DNA of 44,897 nt. Origin: Accumulibacter sp. (GTDB lineage Bacteria; Pseudomonadota; Gammaproteobacteria; Burkholderiales; Rhodocyclaceae). Of this stretch, positions 40,619 to 44,897 are shown in pieces. The stretch's first letter is position 1. The number at the start of each line of letters is the position of its first letter. Below the pieces are notes generated by a model. The model saw only the letters and a program-made list of their open reading frames with translations. It did not search any database and was not told where the DNA came from. The stretch spans positions 1-44,897 of the forward strand of contig JAITIQ010000233.1 in the NCBI GenBank assembly GCA_031279425.1, written 5' to 3'. The position numbers and the translations under genes were made by a program.

Positions 40619-41539
40619 TCAGTCCTTCCCGGTCTTTTCGCTTTCTTCGGTCTTTTTCGCGGTGGCCGCTTGGGCGGCCACTTCGGCGGCGAAATCGTTC
40701 GCGCGCTTTTCCAGCCCCTCGCCGACCACGTACAGCACGAAGCCGGCGACCGAAGCGCCCCTGGCCCCGAGCAACTGCTCGATCGTCTGCCTGCCGTCTT
40801 CCGCCCGGACGAAGACCTGCGCCAGCAGGGTGACCTCCTTCAGGAACTTCTGCGCCGCGCCGTCGGCGATCTTCGCCAGCATGTCTTCCGGCCTGCCGTC
40901 GGCGCGCGCCTTCTCGGTCGCGATGCGCCGTTCGGTCTCCAGCAGTTCGGCCGCCACTCCCTCGGCGGTCAGCGCCCTCGGCTTGGAGGCGGCGATGTGC
41001 ATCGCCAGATCCTTGCCCAATTGCTCGTCGCCGCCGATCACGTCGACCAGCACGCCGATCCTGCCGCCGTGAATGTAGGACGAAAGCCGTCCCTTGGCCT
41101 CGAGGCGCGAAAAACGGCGGATGCTCATGTTTTCCCCGATCTTGCCGATCAGCGCGGCGCGGGCCGATTCGACGGTGCCATTGCCGAGCGGCAGCGCCGA
41201 CAGCGCGGCCACGTCCGCCGGATTTCCATCGACGACGAGGTCGGCGCAGCGCTTCACCAAGGCCTTGAATTCGTCGTTCCTGGCCACGAAATCGGTTTCG
41301 CAATTGACTTCGACGATCGCCCCCTTCCTGCCATCGTCTACGATACTGACGGCGACGAGGCCCTCCGCGGTGATCCGCGCCGCGGCCTTGGTGGCCTTGC
41401 TGCCCAGCTTGATACGCAGGATTTCCTCGGCCTTGCCCATATGCCCCTCGGCTTCGGTCAGTGCCCTCTTGCACTCCATCATCGGCGCGTCGGTCTTCGC
41501 GCGCAGTTCTGCCACCATGCTTGCGGTAATTGCCGCCAT
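40619..41539 (-). CDS. tsf: Elongation factor Ts
   Basis: [34 protein letters not shown]. Confidence 0.98.
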   Translation of the reverse strand: MAAITASMVAELRAKTDAPMMECKRALTEAEGHMGKAEEILRIKLGSKATKAAARITAEGLVAVSIVDDGRKGAIVEVNCETDFVARNDEFKALVKRCADLVVDGNPADVAALSALPLGNGTVESARAALIGKIGENMSIRRFSRLEAKGRLSSYIHGGRIGVLVDVIGGDEQLGKDLAMHIAASKPRALTAEGVAAELLETERRIATEKARADGRPEDMLAKIADGAAQKFLKEVTLLAQVFVRAEDGRQTIEQLLGARGASVAGFVLYVVGEGLEKRANDFAAEVAAQAATAKKTEESEKTGKD

Positions 41540-41622
41540 TTTTCTCTCCATTTATGGGTACGGCCGGAAAACCGGCCGTGTCCTGCTTGAACACGAACCA
41601 CCGGAAAATCGCCGCGCGGAAA

Positions 41623-42366
41623 TCATTCGACCTGGGCTTCCTCGACGAACTCGTCATCCTCCGCCACGGCGATGATGTCCTCGATGAACTGGCTGCGCCC
41701 TTCGAGAATCGCGTCGGCGGCGCCGCGCGCATACAGCCGGATCGCGCTCGACGAATCGTCGTTGCCCGGGATGACGTAATCGATTCCGTCCGGGGAATGA
41801 TTGGTGTCGACCACGGCGATGATCGGGATGCCCAGCTTGTTGGCTTCGGAAATGGCGATCTTGTGGTAGCCCACGTCGATGACGAACAGCGCGTCGGGCA
41901 GCGTGTTCATTTCCTTGATCCCGCCCATCGATTTGTTCAGCTTGGCCAGCTCGCGCTGCAACATCAGCGCTTCCTTCTTGCCGAGCTTGTCGAGCGAACC
42001 CTCCTCGACCATGGCTTCCATTTCCTTCAGGCGCTTGATCGACTGCTTGATCGTCTTGAAATTGGTCAGCATGCCGCCCAGCCAGCGCTGTTCGACGAAC
42101 GGCGCCCCGGCGCGCGTCGCTTCCTCGGCGATGATCTCGCGCGCCTGGCGCTTGGTGCCGACGAACAGGATGCTGCCCTTCTTGGCAGCGAGCTTGCGCA
42201 CGAAAGCCATCGCCTCGTTGTACTTGACCAGCGTTTTTTCCAGATTGACGATATGAATCTTGCTGCGGGCGCCAAAAATGTACGACGCCATCTTGGGATT
42301 CCAGAAACGGGTCTGATGGCCGAAATGAACGCCGGCCTCCAGCATCTGACGCATTGTCACGGACAT
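41623..42366 (-). CDS. rpsB: 30S ribosomal protein S2
   Basis: [29 protein letters not shown]. Confidence 0.98.
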   Translation of the reverse strand: MSVTMRQMLEAGVHFGHQTRFWNPKMASYIFGARSKIHIVNLEKTLVKYNEAMAFVRKLAAKKGSILFVGTKRQAREIIAEEATRAGAPFVEQRWLGGMLTNFKTIKQSIKRLKEMEAMVEEGSLDKLGKKEALMLQRELAKLNKSMGGIKEMNTLPDALFVIDVGYHKIAISEANKLGIPIIAVVDTNHSPDGIDYVIPGNDDSSSAIRLYARGAADAILEGRSQFIEDIIAVAEDDEFVEEAQVE

Positions 42367-42379
42367 GTCGTTTTTCCTT

Positions 42380-42455
42380 TCAGGGTTGGACCACCACCCG
42401 CCCGGCTACCCTCCCTCGCGGCAAGGCACCCTGCTATGGACGAGTGTGCGTATTT
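42380..42455 (-). ncRNA. rpsB leader (t44-like / S2 autoregulatory RNA)
   Basis: Minus strand ACGCACAC...GGGTG...GTGGTGGTCCAACCC just upstream of the rpsB RBS, matching the known leader layout. Confidence 0.6.
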
Positions 42456-42515
42456 GCAGACGGACTGTCGCCGCTGCCCGGCCTCGCCTGCCTGTATGAC
42501 CGGCAAAGCCTTGGG

Positions 42516-42524
42516 ATTGTATCA
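42516..42524 (-). promoter_or_regulatory. Extended -10 element of the rpsB promoter
   Basis: Minus strand TGATACAAT. Confidence 0.5.
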
Positions 42525-42560
42525 CCGCGACGGAGCCGGCGCCAGTATCCGCGGGCCGAA

Positions 42561-42596
42561 TGGATTGCCGCGGGGCGAAAGCCCCTCGCAATGACG
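42561..42596. repeat. Half of a GGATTGC..CTCGCAATGAC palindromic repeat element (family C)
   Basis: TGGATTGCCGCGGGGCGAAAGCCCCTCGCAATGACG with GGGGC-GAAA-GCCCC hairpin; single copy in this window, family recognised from memory. Confidence 0.55.
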
Positions 42597-43059
42597 ATAA
42601 TCAGAGGTTCTTCTTGTGCTTCAATTTGTTAATCTGCTCCAAGGGAACCCGTTGGCGGCCCGTTCCGACCAAACACGGTCCGACGCGCCGAACCGCATTC
42701 GTCGCGATGTGGATCGAGCCATCCATGTGAAACACGAGGCGCCGATCACAGCGGTTGCATCCACGCCCAGCGCCGCGTTGCGGGTATGCGTCCGCAGGCC
42801 AGGGAGGGGTTGAGCCAGGCCAGCAGCAGGGTGGTAAGTGGAATGGCCAGCGTGCGGCGTCGTCTTGCCGGCGCCGATCCGTCATGGACGGACCCCTTTC
42901 CTCTTGGGGCGAGGAAAAATACGGGACTTCGGCCGCAAGGAAAAGCCTCCGGAAACTCGGTCGTCCAATGAAATCCTCCGCTTGGGAATGCGCCCGCTTC
43001 GGACGGTGGTTTTGTACGCAAGTCTTTGGACGGTCTATACTCACTGCCTGACTTTTGGA

Positions 43060-44034
43060 ATGCGAAGCAAAAACGTGGAAACGCCAGAGAACGAATCGGG
43101 CTGGGAACGGCAACTGCTCGAAAAAATCGCCCTGCAATCCCTGAAGGAAAGCCGGGCCAAGCGCCGCTGGGGTATTTTTTTCAAACTGGCGGCGCTCGTC
43201 TATTTCGTCGCGGTTCTGGCCCTGGTCGTCGATTTCAACCGGGGCGCCAGGGAAAAACCGGCCGACGGCAAGCATACGGCGCTGGTCAACGTGCGCGGAA
43301 CGATCGAAGCCGGCGGGAACGCCAGCGCGGAAAAGATCAACGGCGCGCTGCGTTCGGCCTTCGCGGACAAGGGGACCGCCGGCATCATCCTGCGCATCAA
43401 CAGTCCGGGGGGAAGTCCGGTACAGGCCGGCATCGTGCATGACGAAATCCGGCGCCTGCGCCAGAAACATCCGGACCTCCCCCTGTACGTCGTGGTCGAG
43501 GACCTGTGCGCCTCCGGCGGTTACTACATCGCCTCCGCGGCGGACAGGATTTTCGTGGACAAGGCCAGCATCGTCGGCTCCATCGGCGTGCTGATCAACG
43601 GATTCGGCTTTGCCGGGCTGATGGATGAACTGGGCATCGAGCGGCGTCTGCTCACCGCCGGGGAGAACAAGGGCTTTCTCGATCCGTTCTCACCGCGGGA
43701 CGACCGGCAGGTCGCGTATGCCGAGACCTTGCTCAGGGAAATCCACGAACAATTCATCAAGGTCGTGCGTCAGGGACGGGGAGACCGGCTGAAGGAGACA
43801 CCGGAGATGTTCTCCGGGCTGATGTGGACGGGCTCGCAAAGCGTGCAGCTGGGACTCGCGGACGATTTCGGTACCGTCGATTCCGTGGCCCGCGAGGTCA
43901 TTCAGGCGGAGAACGTGGTCGATTATTCGGTCAGGGAAAACCTTGCCGAACGCGTGGTCAAACGTCTGGGAGCGAGCGCAGTCCAGAGTCTCCTGCCACT
44001 TCTGTTCGATACCGAGCGCGTCGCCGTCCGCTGA
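43060..44034 (+). CDS. sppA: S49-family signal peptide peptidase
   Basis: N-terminal TM, LRINSPGGSPV, ASGGYYIA, SIVGSIGV, FSGL.WTG. Confidence 0.92.
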   Translation: MRSKNVETPENESGWERQLLEKIALQSLKESRAKRRWGIFFKLAALVYFVAVLALVVDFNRGAREKPADGKHTALVNVRGTIEAGGNASAEKINGALRSAFADKGTAGIILRINSPGGSPVQAGIVHDEIRRLRQKHPDLPLYVVVEDLCASGGYYIASAADRIFVDKASIVGSIGVLINGFGFAGLMDELGIERRLLTAGENKGFLDPFSPRDDRQVAYAETLLREIHEQFIKVVRQGRGDRLKETPEMFSGLMWTGSQSVQLGLADDFGTVDSVAREVIQAENVVDYSVRENLAERVVKRLGASAVQSLLPLLFDTERVAVR

Positions 44035-44138
44035 ATCGTTCCGGCTTCTCTCTTCGCCCCGCGCGCGGGACTCGCAGATCAGGTGAAAGCCAACCTGGGG
44101 CATGGACTGTATGCCCTGCCGCAGGCAAACCTGCCTCC

Positions 44139-44170
44139 TCAGGGATCAGGAGTCAGGGATCAGAACACAG
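44139..44170. repeat. Short imperfect heptamer tandem repeat
   Basis: TCAGGGA-TCAGGAG-TCAGGGA-TCAGAAC-ACAG. Confidence 0.55.
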
Positions 44171-44207
44171 ACGTTGTTGATATCCGTCGAGGACTGGTTA
44201 GGAGAGT

Positions 44208-44897
44208 ATGACTGCTACCACACGGGTTCCAGCGAGGCCCTCCAGCTGGTCAGATAGGCCCTGGGGACAATCGTCCGCGGAGGGTGTGGGACGGCCTGCC
44301 CGAGGGTGCCGAATTCGATCCCGAAGCACTCGAAATCAGCAACTCATTCCCACGGGGAGCGGCAGTCCGGCGGGAACCTCTTTCTCTCAGGTTCCGAATG
44401 AAATCACCGTCACTGGACGCGTGGGCGACGTGATCGAGATTGACGCCAGAAGACAGTTTGCCCGCATGCTCCTGGGAATGCCGCCCGTCGATGAAGCCAG
44501 GGAACCGGAAGAAACGGACCCGGGCGTCATCGACAAGATCGACGGCGCGATCAATACGGCCAAGGACAACGCCAGGAGGGACTACCTGGGCAAGCTGGCT
44601 CAAGCCGCCAGGCTCGGGTCGATACCCCCGGCGCCGACGGCAAGATCAGCGCGAAGACCGCCTACGACGCCATCTACGACCAGATCACCGTCGACTGGCT
44701 CAACGCCTACAACGCCCCGCACTGGATGGAATTTGAGATCGGCGAGAACACGCAGTTCTCATTTTGGAGCAACGGCAGGCCCGGCACCTCCGCTGTCTTG
44801 AATGAAAACTGGAGGACCAACAATCCTTTGCTGCCGATGTTCGACATTTCTTTTCCGGCAACAAAAGGCGCCGTTTCCGGCACGAGCCGGGTCTACG
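44208..44897 (+). pseudogene. Frameshifted uncharacterised gene fragment running off the window
   Basis: Protein-like frame to ..AARLG at 44618 continues in the -1 frame (VDTPGADGKISAKTAYDAIYDQITVDWLNAYNAPHWMEF...) open to window end; true start uncertain. Confidence 0.55.

Noticed and set aside
44139-44170. Possible CRISPR or DGR-associated repeat
   Set aside because: Only four to five imperfect heptamers with no spacers; no cas, reverse transcriptase or avd gene in the window

Overview
GC-rich betaproteobacterial chromosome segment, most likely Rhodocyclaceae (Propionivibrio/Accumulibacter-like); this is an inference from protein style and gene order. About two thirds is core housekeeping: glnS, TPR-lolB, tRNA-His/Arg/Pro, dksA, rpsO-pnp, rsmA, the rpsB-tsf-pyrH-frr-uppS-cdsA-dxr-rseP-bamA-skp-lpxD-fabZ-lpxA-lpxB-rnhB cluster and sppA. 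Accessory patches: (i) a porin followed by a transglutaminase-like gene, a TPR gene and an orphan Firmicutes-style YesN/AraC regulator with an atypical receiver; (ii) an XRE regulator with twin 17-bp operators over the promoter of two lipoproteins, one FlgO-like; (iii) an HEXXH (ATLF-like) ORF with a trimethylamine-dehydrogenase-like N-terminus next to an IS fragment; (iv) an RR / LysM-FecR / CHASE2 kinase module; (v) a frameshifted ORF at the right edge. The most notable non-coding structure is a degenerate inverted 3' half-copy of tRNA-Arg(UCU) bracketing tRNA-His, such that inversion between the two copies would give a co-oriented Pro-Arg-His cluster. Several short repeat families sit at apparent synteny breakpoints. 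No CRISPR array, rRNA or intact mobile element was seen. All calls are by eye; no database searches were run.
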